This document shows, piece by piece, positions 11,601-26,600 of a stretch of DNA of 64,000 nt (position 1 is its first letter; each line of letters begins with the position of its first letter). A program made the translations under genes and the position numbers. This DNA comes from Antedon mediterranea (Eukaryota; Animalia; Echinodermata): contig NC_092675.1 in the NCBI RefSeq assembly GCF_964355755.1, positions 15,286,912-15,350,911 of the forward strand, given 5' to 3'. The notes under the pieces were generated by a model. It saw only the letters and a program-made list of their open reading frames with translations. It made no database searches and had not been told where the DNA came from.

Positions 11601-14600
11601 AATTGCATTTTTGATTAAAGGTCATTGACATTTTAACCTCTAAAGACGTCAATAGATGTTCGATTCATTTTAAAAAAGTATATTACAATAAAGAAATCCA
11701 TACACTACATAATGATAACATGAAAATGCAAATCTGTTCTATTACAAGTGTGACTCGTCAACACGGTTCTTTTAATTCAACTGTTTTATTAATTCACCAA
11801 GCGTAACGTAATTTGCATAATTAGCAAATAATAAACAATTACAATTAGCATATTAACAGAACAATGTGACATCTTCCCTTTTCTAACAAAATAAATTTCT
11901 AAAGTTTTTTTTTTTAAATCAATATCAAAAGTAAATTAGACACGATATATCACATTTGTCATAATAAATAATATTACTTTTCTTTAAACATAAATTGTTT
12001 CTTAGATCACATTCATATGTTTCAAATTGTTTCTTAGATCACATTCATATGTTTCATACATTATTATAGGATGGTTTGAAAAATAAACATGATATCTGCA
12101 AAATAAACATAAAATGAAGTTAATTATTGATACATTTATTTATAATCCAATCGATCCGGTGGACGACTAACACGATCACTTCTACGTAAGGGTGGTGCTT
12201 CTGGTATCTTCTGCAAAGTTGGTACACCCTTCTGCAAAGTATCCGGTTGTTGAGTGTTTAATAAATGTTGTCGATTCCGTCTGTACGACGTTCCATCTTC
12301 GGTCATCACTACATATGAACGGGGTAGCTCATGTTCCTTAGCCACAAAAGCAGGTTCCCATTGCCGTCCTTTCAATATACTCACGTTGTCCCCTTTTCTT
12401 AATTTCGTCAATACACGTGTACCACGATCATAATATTTTATCATAGATTGTTGACGTGACTGAAGGCAATCTCTAGCTCCGACAATAACTTGTGGTTGCA
12501 GCAATGTATGTGTGACTGGAAGTGTTGACCTTAACTTTCTGCTCATCAACAACTGAGCAGGAGAACAATTCAGGGTGTGTAGAAAGCGACGACCTCGAAT
12601 TGGACGACCCAAACGACCCGGGCGACCTCGAATTGGACGACCTAGAATTGGACGACCCATAACACGAAACCGACGACCCTTATAATAGCCTAGCCTAGCC
12701 TAGGCCTAAGTATAGTATAACATCCCGAAGCCGAACATAACCAAAGATCTTTAAACCATACCTTATATAATACTCGAAAGCAAGCAATTGATTGACAAAA
12801 TACAGAAATGTCGCCATTTGATACTGAATGTGTCGACACGAACAAACGAACATATATGGAACGCCAAGAGTGCATCATTAAAACTGCATTCGACTCGATT
12901 AGCACACGAAATATCATAAACATGGCAAATCAGGCCCCTTTTTCAGCGGCAGGTAAGGTTTGACCATGGAGGTACTCCATGGTTTGACCAGCTCCATGGT
13001 TTGACCATGGAGGTATAAAAATATTGTTATACCTCCATGGTTTGAATGTATACAATGCATGTGTGAAATGTAAAGCTTTCTTATGGCCCTCGCCCCATGT
13101 AGGATTAGGCCAAGTTGAGCCGCCGACAAGTTGAGGCGCCGCCAGAAAAACGTTATTTTCTATGAAACGCCAAATGCTTACTTTCGCCGGAGCTCGTTTC
13201 TATTTAATAGAAGTTCTATTTATATTAATTATTAGATATAACGATGTATATTCCAAAGTTTATATATCACGGTTTTTAGTATATATTATTAAATATTATA
13301 ATTAAAGAGAAATAATTATGAATATCTGACTTGTAGATTCCAAAATATAAGGCCTAAAACATGACCGAAAATGATCGTTTTTAGCCAAAAATGACGTAAA
13401 CATGTTGCCCCCTCAGGCGGCAGTTGAAGTAAAATAATTGCATAAAATCACCGTTTTTTAGTAAAATATTTTGTGTATTAACATTGTAAAATTCAATAAA
13501 ATATGATATTAAAAGATAGTAAATAAAAAATAATAATTATTTAACCTCATTCGAAGAATATCAATACTCTATTAGTCCTGAGAGACAACGTGATTTTACG
13601 TGGTAGGCATACACGCGAGAAAAATATTATGGAGTGCACTGCATTTTTACCTTGAAAGATTAAAAACAATTAAATTATTAAATATGACTACTTTCCTTTG
13701 CTGTTTCAAACCAACAAAATTGTAGTATGTAATTATTATTTATTTTCATGACACAATAAACCTAAAGACCATGAACTTATGTAGGGCCTACTAGGACACA
13801 ACTCTATCACTACGCGAAATGTCGTAAAAGACGCACTGGCCGTTTCATAGAAATTACCGGCGGCTCAACTTGTCGGCGGCCCAACCGGTCATATCCCCCC
13901 ATGCACATGTTACGCTGCTTGGTAGGCCTATAGTGTTCGTTATAAGAAGACGAGATGTAATTATACGTCCATGGTTTAACCATGTATTGTATAATATTTA
14001 TTTCTTTTAAATTTATTTTTAATATGTCGAATGCAGTTTTAATGATGCACTCTTGCCGTTCCATATCTTTTCGTTTGTTCGTGTCGACACAATCAGTATC
14101 AAATGGCGATATTTCTGTATTTTTTCAATCAATTGCTTGCTTGCGAGTATTATATAATAAGGTATAGTTTAAAGATCTTTGGCTATGTTCGGCTTTGGGA
14201 TGTTATACCACACTTAGGCCTAGGCTAGGCTAGGCTATAGGGGTCGTCGGTTTCGTGTTATGGGTCGTTCAATTCGAGGTCGTTCAATTCGAGGTCGCCC
14301 GGGTCGTTGGGGTCGTCCAATTCGAGGTCGTCGCTTTCTACACCCCCAACAATTCAACCCTGCAATTGGTGAATCACGATAGTCTAGTAGAGCAAGATGA
14401 AAATCACTTCCCTCATCAACGGACCTCATCATGAGTTGCTTAATGGTTTGTACGAAACGTTCAACTTGCCCATTACTTCTGGCATATGTCGGACTGGACG
14501 TCACTAAATCGAACCCCCGCTGGTTAGCAAACTGTTTGAACTCGTAGCTAGCGAACGGCATGTTATCAGTCATTAATGTTTCAGGGATGCCATGTCTTGA

Positions 14601-17600
14601 GAATATGGATTTCAATTTTTTGATGATCGCCCCAGCCGTTTTGCTAGTGAGTGTAACTACTTCAGGGTATTTGGAAAAATAGTCAACTACAATAAGATGA
14701 TCTCTGCCAGCGAATGTAAATATATCCGCGCCCAGCTTAGCCCATGGTCTCATAGGAACTTTATGTGGAATCATCGGCTCCCGTTGATTTCTACGCATGA
14801 ACTTTACACAAAATGATTGATCACAAAATTCTCTTAAACAAACTCATTGCGCTGGGGGTTGATGGTCACCTGATCCGATGGGCTAATGCCTTCCTGTATA
14901 ACCGACAACAACGTGTTAAAATTGGTGAATGGCTATCTCCAAATGGAGGCATACCCCATTGGTCGTGGATTGGTCCTATTACGTTTATTATTTTGATTAA
15001 TGACCTTTTAAATGGTAATCCATGCGTAAAATTTATGGATGGTACTACTGTATTCGAAAGGCTGTCTAAACTGTCCTAGTAACTTACAAAATAAAGCTAA
15101 CTCGGCCCATGCATGGACTCGGCTTAACATATAAAACATGTGAATTAATTGTGAGCTGTAAGAAAAATAAGTTGGTATTTAATCCTATAATTATTAATAA
15201 ATGTATTGTTAACCAGGTTTGTCGTACTAAGCTCCTTGGAATAATTATATGTGACAATTTATCATGGCAATTCCCATGGATTCTTTGATAGCTAAATCAA
15301 ACTGATGGTTATATTTCCTTTAACAATTGCACCGGTCTGGTCTAGACACACAAGCCTTTATGCTATTTCTATTGTTGTGTTATCAGGCCTGTCCCCGTCA
15401 ATTATGAGAAGTGGTTCCTTAAAAGAGACGGTGGTCGTTCAATAGAGGTGGTCACTTACAGAGGTCGTTTTGAAGGGAGATAGTCGATTATGAGAAGCGT
15501 TGTTTAATAGAGAGAAAGAGCTTGTGGTCCCTTAAAAGAAGTGGTCGTTAGCAGTGGTGGTTGCTTTACGAGAGGTGGTCGATTATTAGAAGCGGTCCCT
15601 TATGAAAGGAGGTGATCCCTTACGAGAGGTGGTCGATTATGAGAAGCAGTACCTTACCAGAGATGGTTGCTTACGATGTGTGGTAGTTTTAGAAAGTTGG
15701 TTGCTTACGAGAGGTGGAAAGACTGATCGCTAAGTAAAGATCGATGCATTTTTGTAAAATATATAACATTTTCTACATTAGCTGGTGATATTAACTACAT
15801 AAGTTGGGAGGCAATTTTCATTACTACATAACCTGTTGACCGTTTCTGCATTACCTGGTGTTGATTTTTATTTACTACATAAGCTGTTGGTGTTGGTGTA
15901 CTACATTAGCTGGAGGAATTTTACTACATTAGCGGTGGATTGTTCTACATTAACGGTTGTTTTGACATTAGCTGGCATTTTCTACATTAGCGTTTGTAAC
16001 ATGTGTCATCTTATGCTACTACGGTATGGACTCTGGTGTCGTGGATTAGAAATGTTAGAATAATCTAAGAAGACTTACTCTGGTTATAAAGCTGACCACC
16101 AGCTGAAGATCGTCTGGAGTAATCATGCTGCCTTACAGGAGTATTATCTCTTTTCACGGTCAATACTACCCTGTGAGTGATCCCTGTGTCTACTGTATTC
16201 ACCAGATTGAACGTTTGGAGATTTGCTGTGGTATCTCGAGTGATAATTATGTTCTGGAATTCTTTCTCTGTCTGCCTTCACGTTCACTACTAAGTACTAT
16301 CTATTTTGTTTGCATGGCAGAAACCATATCTTTTAACTCTACAACAACAGCTCTCAAATCTGACACTTCTTTAACTGTCATCGCATCTACCTTTGGTTGA
16401 ATAGATAAATCACTTACTTTACTGGTGAATGAACCGACATCTGCCTGTTGGGGATACCACATATAGTGTTATTACCGTAGTGTTCTGTGTTAGTGGATTC
16501 AAATTAATAGCATGGTTGGTTTGTCACATGAGATTAGTATTATTTGACTAATTTGATTGGGATGCCACCTAGAATTGTTAGTAATAGTGTTCTGAGTTAA
16601 TAACAGAAGTTGAGCCTCATTTGCACTCTCGATTTGTTGTGCAATTTTTAATGCGCTGTCATGTTCGTAAGATTTTAGTTGCAATGCTGGTTATAATCCA
16701 GCAAGAAATTGTTGGAAAGCTTCACCCTCTTGCGCAACACCACCTAAATTTAGTTAGATAATTAGTTATTGACAATTAAAACGATTTGCCTCAAATAAGG
16801 GTGTTTTCCGATCGTGGTATACACTGTCTAATGGATGTCCTCTTTAAAAATACCTGCACACAATAATACGAGGATGCTTCGCATTTTCCTATCTCCTTCT
16901 ACAATAATTGTTTTTAATAGCTGAAAACCGGTTGAAGAGCTCGAGTACAGTATCATAATGTTGAAGACAGGCCGATTTTCTTAAAAAAATACTATTTTGA
17001 TAGATTTAATATACGTTTGTAAAAATCTATTGATTTGCGATGAATGGAACATTCCAATCTCTCAGACTCCCAGGTAGGGTAAATGTAGGTAGGTTGGTTT
17101 AACACAAGTAGGTAAATTTATGGGCCCTTGGAGAATAAATTTAAAACTGAGATATAGTATTGCAATACTTTGACAATATTGTAAATACGTATTAACCATT
17201 TTTGGTCGCCATTTGAAATATTTTTTATTTATTATTTATTTTTTTATTAAACAGTGATGAAGTTGACATAAATATAATAATAAATATATAAAAAAAAAAC
17301 ATAGTATAACACAGACCAAACAAGTTACTAAAATATATCACAAATCAGCCATCATAGTACATCCAGTAACACAAACCAAAAGGGGTTCACAATTTGCTTA
17401 TCATAACTCAGTTTCTGATCATTCACCAATCATTGAAAACTCTGTGGAAAGTAATGAAGTTTTTTGTGCGTTGTGTCCTGACTTTGGGGAGGGTGAACGA
17501 TCTAACGCGTCGGAGCTGATGGTTTTGTGTGGGAGGTTTAGGTAAGAGAGAGTGTAATCTATGATCTTCTTTTTTCATTTTATCAAAGAATTTTCTTGAC

Positions 17601-20600
17601 AACTTCTCGCGGCGTTCAGATAGAGTGATGATGTTAAGGTATCTGCGGGTATCAGCATACGAGGTACCATCGGGGGATATTATGTTACACACTCTTCTTT
17701 GGACATGTTCGATTTGGTCAGATTTCTTACTGTGAATTATATATAAACACCTATACACAGAACATTTATTACTGTGACTGTGGGTAGGCTCTACTTCTGG
17801 GTATATAAACACATAATATACAAATAAAAACGTTATTACTGACAGGTTTGCTTCTCAACGTTTGCATTAATTAATAATTATAAAAAATGTCGTAGTGGTG
17901 TGTATCGATGTACTTTTACTATTTCAATAGACTATAACAGGGACAGTTTAAAAAAAGTATTAAATCGTAAATGTTTTACTGTTTAGTGGTATATTATTGA
18001 TAGGCCTATAAAAACATTTAAAACAATATTTCGTTTCTGAGTGGATAAAGAATATATTTAAAAATTGTTCTTCCCATCCTCTTCCCCATCTCTCAACTCT
18101 AATGTTATACAAAAATAAAATTAGGTTTGTTTAAATGAGTTCAAATAAAAAAATTTGAACTCATTTTTAAGACAAGTTTCTCCTTCGGATGTAGGCCTAA
18201 TTCCCAGGTGGCTTTTAGTTGACTACATTAATCATCGTGTCTATTTATTTGTTTCTGAAAACGACAATGTATTTATAGTCCTGCGGTACGTACATATTCA
18301 TTATCATATTGTCTTGTATCTATATATTGTTACTATTTTCAGTGGGCTTTGTTATTTCATAATTTAAAAAATATTTTTTTTAATTTGTTTAGGATGACCA
18401 AGATTTATATGACTATAATGTGGATGAACAAGTAAAAAAGTTTATTGCCTATGCCAAGATGCAGGTAATTTCACTGCAAATAACTTTAGCTGTGCATAGT
18501 GATAATTGCTGTTTTTTAGATCATTTGTAATGTTAGAATGAGGTACTTCTTATTTTTAAGGATAGCTCCATGTATATAATAAATTAGTGACTTGTTTTTG
18601 AAAAAAGGTGAAGCATTTACGGATGCTCCCTTTTCAAACTGGTGCTACAGGATCTTGAGTGTTGAGATATAATTAATTTTTAAGTTCAGCTGACTAGACG
18701 TGTTAATCGTTAACTTTTATACAAATATGGAATACAAATTATTTTTTTTACATATACAGTAGATTTGAAAACAAAACTAGGGTACCACGGCTGTCTAATA
18801 GCTGTTGTCTAGTCTATAAATTGCACTTTTGATTCATAAAATATTTCTGAAAAATATATAATTAAAAGAAGAGGAGCGGGAACAAATGCATACGTTTTTA
18901 TCTCGCCCCCACCATTTACTCTACATACTGTAGGCCTAGTAGAATACCTAGTTCACCAAATAGATAATATAAAATCTGGATTTTTTTATTCATTTTTCTA
19001 ACTAATACATGATTATAAAATAAACATTATGAAACGAATATATCTAATCACAGAAGCACTGAACGGAAGCTAAGACCACTAAAGACCTAAGATCACGAAA
19101 CCTAAAATCCCTTTCGCACCTGCCTTGTATTTTGACTCCAAATTAATTTAAATAACTTTATCCTGAATACCACACAAAAGAGCAACAATAATAGAGAGCT
19201 AAAAACTGGTGGAATGCGTTAGGGTATTTTGTCAATAAAAATGCTGTAATATGCTACTGCTGATACTGTTCTGTTTTCAAAGAATATTAATCGATAAAAT
19301 AAAAATCACTACCTACCCAGGCCCCTAAGGGGGATGATGAATTTGTCAATTTTATTCATAAAGTTAACGAAACCGTGTACATCAACACTAACATTTTATT
19401 TGTATAATAACAGTGACAAAATATATTGAAATTGAACACATTTCACCAAAAAATGCGTTTTAGCCTTATTGATGCATGATTCGGTATCTAGAACTCATCA
19501 ACTTATAGAATTTGTAATAAAAATAAATTTCACGGTTTACTTTAGAAACTATGACTGAAAAAAACAAACATAATTTTTACAATTTTTGTAGCTTTTTTAT
19601 CAAAAACGCGCTCAATTTGTCTAATTTAACGTGTTCGTATGGCGATATTTAAAGTGGAGAAGGTCTAAATTGTTTTCAAAATTTTAAATGGACATAGTAA
19701 TAAAAGCATACGCGATAAGACATTTTTTGTTTGCGTTCAATCAATACGATTGTCAAGGGGAAGTTCCTGATGAATTACAACTAGGCCTACTCGTCAGTGG
19801 GACTCTAGTTGGCCGGAAATTACACTTCATAGCGCCCTAGCAAACAGCAGAACCATCGTAGCCTTCTTGATTGGAATACAAATGTATTATATTTTTATGT
19901 GTTTCATTACATCTTTCCCATCTACATTACAATAATAAAAATGCTTTAGGGTAAAAAATAATTGCTTTTCTTTAGGTAATAGAGATCAGTGTTTACAGTG
20001 ATCAACACAATAATGTTGACATTTAATTAAGAATAATTTATTTTAGCTAATTTTTTGTGCGTTCCTATAATCATATATTCTGTTTTGTTAATGTTCAAAA
20101 GTTAATTTATTTTTTTGGTATTATTTGTCACTTTCTATTAGTCATTGAGCTTTAAGACAAACCACATTATGATGACAATGGGCTCCGACTTCCAATATGA
20201 GAATGCCATTCCTTGGTTTAAAAACATGGATAAGCTCATCTCATATGTCAACCAAAAGGTTTGTGTATTAAATTACTTTTAACCAAAATATGGAATCATT
20301 GCTCCAATCATGAACATGCTCTACAGTATGTACTCTTTAAATAATTACTAAGCTGGTTTTATAACACTTTTGCATTTGTATCCAACAGAAAAATATGTGA
20401 TTTCATGAGCCAAACCTTAATAATAAAATGTTGAATACTACTACTACTTCTTTCTTAGGGAAACGAATTTAAGATCAATGTACTGTATTCAACCCCTTCG
20501 TGCTATGTAAAAAGCTTGAATGAAGCTGGCAAAACCTGGCCAACAAAGAGTGATGATTTTTTCCCATATGCTGATCAACCACACAGCTACTGGACAGGGT

Positions 20601-23600
20601 ACTTCTCAAGCAGACCTGCCCTTAAGTACTATGAACGCGTTTCAAACAATCTTCTCCAGGTAAATGTTTATTGTTTGTTTCTGGCATAAAAACTGGATGT
20701 GAAAGCAAAGAGTAAGTTATCTCAACATGTTGATATACCATATTTATTTGAATAAATGCCTCTTTGAATAAATGCCCTCCATAGAACATCATTTTTAATA
20801 AACGCGAAATAACGCCTTTATCAATTTCAACGCCCCTCCACATGCATACAACAGAAGTATATTCAATGATAACAACTTTTCTTGTAGTCCGTCCAGTATT
20901 AATACTAATACAAACTTTCAATCAGACCTTTCTTGTCTTACTCTATACGTCTCTCTACTATGATGTTATTCTTTCTTCTTGTCATATCTATAACATTTTA
21001 CTATTTATACTTAACATGCAAATTAAGGGCTCAGAGGAGGATAAAATGTGTCCTCCAAAATTATAGCATAATGAATGGTTTATAAATTTGCAGACCTGGG
21101 CCTGTCTGCTTCAACTGCTCAAAATACGGTCTAAAAATGCAGTATAAAGTACGGTATATTTTATACCATATCTTTTAGTACCCCATTTCTGCTAAAAATA
21201 CTTCTTGGGTGGTCGTGCTAAAATTCATTCTTTTTACCTAAACTGCCATTCATGAGCCGGCAGTCTGTGTTTGACCTAAGTATACTGAGCAGCGAGCGCA
21301 CTGTAACTCCACTTTCAAGGAATTCCCCCACTTGAAATCATGATCTCCACACGCACGTACACATGTGCTTGTATTTTCCGCTTTCCCGACAAACATGGTA
21401 GAACAGGGAACAACGTCATAGTTTTGATTTCACTTTTTTTGTTGATAATTAAAATTCGCAATGAAGAAATGTTTACGGCTCACTTTCTACTACCTGGTTC
21501 CGATCCATTAGGTAATGAGGGGCGACTATGGCCCAATATCCAGTCCAAAACGTCCTAATGGGGACAAGTAATTCATTCCCTCCCTGACTTAGAGTAGGTA
21601 TGAATTGCAGATTCTGATTACCGCGATTTAAACACGTTCATGAAATTTCAAAAAATTTAAAAATATACTATTTCTTATGTACCCATGCAAATAAAAAGTT
21701 ACATGTCTGGTAAGATCTTGTTTAAAATGGACCTGAAATGGACTTTCGATTTTCAAGAAATTCACACATGTTATTTAAATGTATCAAATTAACACAAACC
21801 CATACAAATAAAAACAAAATGTATAGTATTTTGAGTTAAAAACGAAATTTTAAGATACCATGGTAAATTAGCGAAAATTACTCACGCCATTGCAATATTC
21901 TATTTCAACGGCCGTCGGAAGCCTCTATATTCACGACGTCACATATACGCACGAGAGAGCATGTATGCCGCCCGATAGTCAGTGATTGATCGACGGCCTG
22001 GAATATAGGTCCCTAAAATATACTTCGTTTGTTCTAAAACCCGAATTTAGAAGGCCTACCTCCCAAACCTTTACTAGGCTAGGCCCCCAATCCAGCACGC
22101 GGAGTCGATCCACCACTCACATCATGCGGCGAGGCTCCGTTTCATGTGCCTCCAAGGACCAAAGCGATATCAACAACATGCTGCGCTCATTGTCAAGCCA
22201 AAGTAAAATATGAATAAAATTCGTTTTCGAACTGCCTGATTCGTGACAAATAAATTATCATCTCATATTACTAATTTAATTCTGCTAAACTAAAAACTAA
22301 AGAAACTAACACATTTTAGCAGTATAAATTACGAACGATATACAAAATACACGAACGGAAAATATGGATACGCATCATTGCGCACGGAGCTGTATCCCGG
22401 ACAACGTTGCCAGGCCAACTTCGGTATTGCCAGAAAAAAACCGTTGATTTTTAAGATTTTAAATCGTCATTTACTCGATGAATAACCGTTTATACGGTAA
22501 TAATTTTATCCAAAAAAATTCTAAATACGTTTCTGCAAATGCACAAGCATTTTTTAGAAAATACTCCATAGATTTCAAGAGTTATAGCCAAAAAACTGCA
22601 AATTGTCCATTGGAGGGATAGGAATATATTCGCAAAGTGACGTCACCCGCGAATTTTTTTGATTTTCAAATAGGGCTTTCCCTAAAAGGGCCAATTTATA
22701 TTTTGTAACAATATACATTCTAGCAACACCTAATAGCCCCCCCCCAAAACATCATTCTAAAATGAAAAAAATCGAAAATCCATTTCAGGTCCATTTTAAG
22801 GGATTATTTTTATATATTTTTAATCTATGTTTATTAAATATTTTAATGGAAAACGCGAGTTAAAAATGATGTACAAAAGCCGGCGAGCCGAAATCCGCAC
22901 GCTTATAATAACTTTGGAAAGCACCTACCCATTTTCTAAACACGATTGGACGAGGTCCATGGTGGTGGAGTAATTTTTGTTGCATGTTATCAGGCTTTAA
23001 ATACTGTTTACTTTGATATGTAAATCGGTTATTATGCCTCAAATGTCAATTTTAACGATAAAAATTGAATTTCCAAAATCTGGCTAAGTATTGAATTGAA
23101 GCTAATTTATATTTCTGTTTGATAATTAAACCACATTGTTTTTTTTTACTTTGCGTGTACCTCATGCAAAGAGGCCAACAAGACCAACCACTGAAAAAAA
23201 TAATCCCTACCATAAATATCAGTGTTTACCATTTTCCCTACAATGTGCATGTGCATGGTATGCATGTATTAGCGTGTTAATTAATGGTTGGATACCCCGC
23301 AATGGACTGTTCCATTTTTGGAACTAGTCTTTTCCGCACACAAGGCATGTCGAAAAGTGTCACCTCTCATGGAATATTTGCTTCGAAACATTAATTTTAC
23401 CGATTTATTAAATTATTTTTGAAGTGGAATATTTATCAATCTACTATATAAAGCAAGTACATTAGGAAGAAATGTACCGAAGAAATTTAAGAATCTTTGA
23501 ATTTTCTATGCAGCGGCCGTAACCTATGTAGGTGACCGAGGGTCCTCCTAAATACCAAGAACTACCAAGAACTACCAAGGCCTGTAAATTTAAAGTGTGA

Positions 23601-26600
23601 AATATGATATATATAGACTTCTAATAGCATTTCCAACAATAAAACCTAAATTTTAGCGCGATATAGACTCCAAAAATGTTAAATAATCGATAAGCTTCTC
23701 TTCGAGTTGATGCATACTGTACATTGTATCACAAATGTCCGTATTGCGTCAACTAGTATGGCTCACTGACACTCGACGATGCAGCTAGTCGTAGGCCTAC
23801 ATTTAAAATTGTTGGTGTCTACATCGCGCTAAAATTGAGGTTTTATTGTTGGAAATGCTATTAGAAGTCTATATATATCATATTTCGTTAAATTAACACT
23901 TTAAATTGACAGGTCTTGGTAGTTCTTACTAGTTGACGCAATACGGACATTTGTGACGCAATGTATGCATCAACTCAGTTTGTTTCGCGAACGCGAAGCT
24001 TGTCGATTATTTAAAATTGTTGGTGTCTATATCGCGCTAAAATTGAGGTTTTATTGTTGGAAATGCTATTAGAAGTCTATATATATCATATTTCGTTAAA
24101 TTAACACTTTAAATTGACAGGTCTTGGTACAGGAGGACCCGCGGCCGAAACTCGCTTTGGTCAGAGTTGTATACGCTGTTTCTTGGCCTAAATTTTATTC
24201 CGTATATTTCAATTTAGTGCAACTAATTGCCGTTAGAATAATCGAAAGGGAAATAAAAATTAAACAACTATACTATTGAGGTAATTACTTTAAACACAAT
24301 TAAATACAGTTAAATTTAAAATGTGTCTATTTCTAATTCCCAAAATTTCTTAGACAGAATTTAGTGTTTTAGGCTTTATAGGCCTATGTATAACTTAACT
24401 TGTAGGCGCGGCAGAGTCTACCTCTGACTTGGCGCTCAAAGTGGAATCGAACACATAATAAACATGGGCTTAATTCTTATTTTGCCGGTTCGAAAATCAA
24501 TTAAAATAATATATGATTATAATTATAAATTTAAATATTACAGTTATAAAAAAATGTATACTTACGAAAAATAATATTTTATGAAAAGAAACAATACCCA
24601 CACAGTTTTTTAACACAATATGTATATTTTTTTACATTTTAGCATTTTTTAAACAATATTTTATGTTGTATTTCAGAGATACATACCTTTCAAAAATAAT
24701 CTTACTAAAATACATATTACATTCTATGCAATGCAAAAAAAAAACCAATTCACACACTGGTTCAAAAGTTACGAATCATTTAAAGACGGGAAATTTGTGG
24801 ACATTTTAATTTTGAGACATTGGGAAAAAACATGATGCAAAAGGCCCTTGGATTAATTTTGAAGGGTGATAAGTAAAAAAAAAAATGTTGAGGACACCCC
24901 AAAAAAAATGGTCTTGTACAACGCTGCTATATCTATGAGTTTGGCAACAATAAGAACTTTGAAGTTATTAATATAAAAGTTATAACCCTTTAAAAATGGT
25001 TCCAAATATAATTGGAAAAAATGCCATTTTTTGGGCACTTTAACGGACAATAACTTTTCAATGGATAATCCGATTTCCGATCATTTAAATTGCAAAAGTT
25101 TATGTTCAGTAAATTCCTTTTGATTAACTGAAAGAAAAATTACCATCATTAATTTGAATTTTTACATTGGGATACCTACTTTGAGTTATGTCTTTTGCAA
25201 TGTTGTACTGCTTTACTTGCTTTGGAGATATTTCTTAAGTCTATTCCATAATCCTACTTTATTTTTTTAGAAATGTCTTTTATTGCCTTTTAGTTGTCTG
25301 GACATTTTAGCTTCCCCCACAGATTTATAGTAAATACTGTAACGTCTTTGCTCCACATTTTCGCCGAATATATCTATACTATACATGTGTGTAAAACAGC
25401 TGACAGGGACAGAAAATCAAAACACAACACGATGTTGACCTCATGTCACAGGTCAAAAAATAACAGTATTTTTTATTGGCGGCAGAAATGGGTACAGAAA
25501 ATATGGTATAAATTTGTAAATATTGTATTTATGGGGAAAATATGGTATACAAACACTTTAATTTTTGTATACGCTGCAAAAAATATACCGTATATATATG
25601 GTATTCAAAACATACTGTATTAAATACGGTATTTACTTGGCAGCAGAAACACTAGGGCCCTAGTCAAAAACACCCTTTAACCACAGGAAATCACAAACAT
25701 ATTGATAAATGTCCTCTCGAAGGAACGCTCTTTAAAAAAACCTTTGAACAATGGTAATGATTTGCCATTTCAGACTAGAAATAATGCATATTATAGAAGA
25801 GAGTTTTTTCTTTTTTGTTGATCCAATAGATCAAAAAGTGCTAAATATGGTACTTTAGAACGACGTTTCGCAAGCGAAAGTTCACTTCAGTGTGCTGTAG
25901 ACTGTTGATCTTGTTTACAGTCTGGTTAATACTTAACCTCTGTGTTTTTTGGGGTCCTGACACATTGAGTCCATATACAACTGGATTGATACGTTTATAA
26001 GGTTCAATTAGTTAAGTTAGAAACTTATCAGCTCCAATGACAATATTACGATTTAAACATTTTAATCAAGATTCTGAAAGTTATGAACATACATTGAATT
26101 TTGTTCTGGACATTGTTTTAAATAGTACATATTTTTTTTAGATTTGTAAACAACTTGAAGTTTTAGCAGGAAATCGTCAAATTAATATAACATCAGAATC
26201 CAAAACATTAAGTAAGTCATGAGCATGAAATATTTCGTCAGTCTATTTTATATTAAAAAAAATGTTATTTCCGTTTTTTTTTAAATGTTATGAACATTTG
26301 GGAAAATTAAAAAAAAAAAAAGATTCTTTAACAGCACTATATTAGAATGCCATGATTATTATTACTTTTGTGAACTTAAACCTATTTCATCATATTCTCA
26401 GAAAGAGCTATGGCAGTAGCCCAACATCATGATGCTGTGAGGTAATGTATTATAGGTTACATGGTTTTCTGTTTATTGCAGTTCAATTATGAGAAAAGTA
26501 AACCCATTTTGTGGAACTGAAAAAAATGTCACCGAAAATTGAAACACATTATTTTTTACATAATCTGAACAACTATCTACAAATATTTATGCCCATAACC

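Larger units (their letters stand above)
11749..14800 (-). mobile_element. 5'-truncated Ty3/Gypsy LTR retrotransposon (integrase, PPT, 3' LTR), interrupted at 12573-14356
   Basis: Integrase core [52 protein letters not shown]. Removing the insertion rejoins [24 protein letters not shown] and continues to PRSYVV and YRRNRQHL. Confidence 0.92.
21098..25660. mobile_element. Possible old composite non-autonomous DNA element containing younger insertions
   Basis: tataccatat..gtacccc.atttctgc near 21163-21192 is inverted as gcagaaatgggtac..atatggtata near 25482-25510; termini uncertain. Confidence 0.4.
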
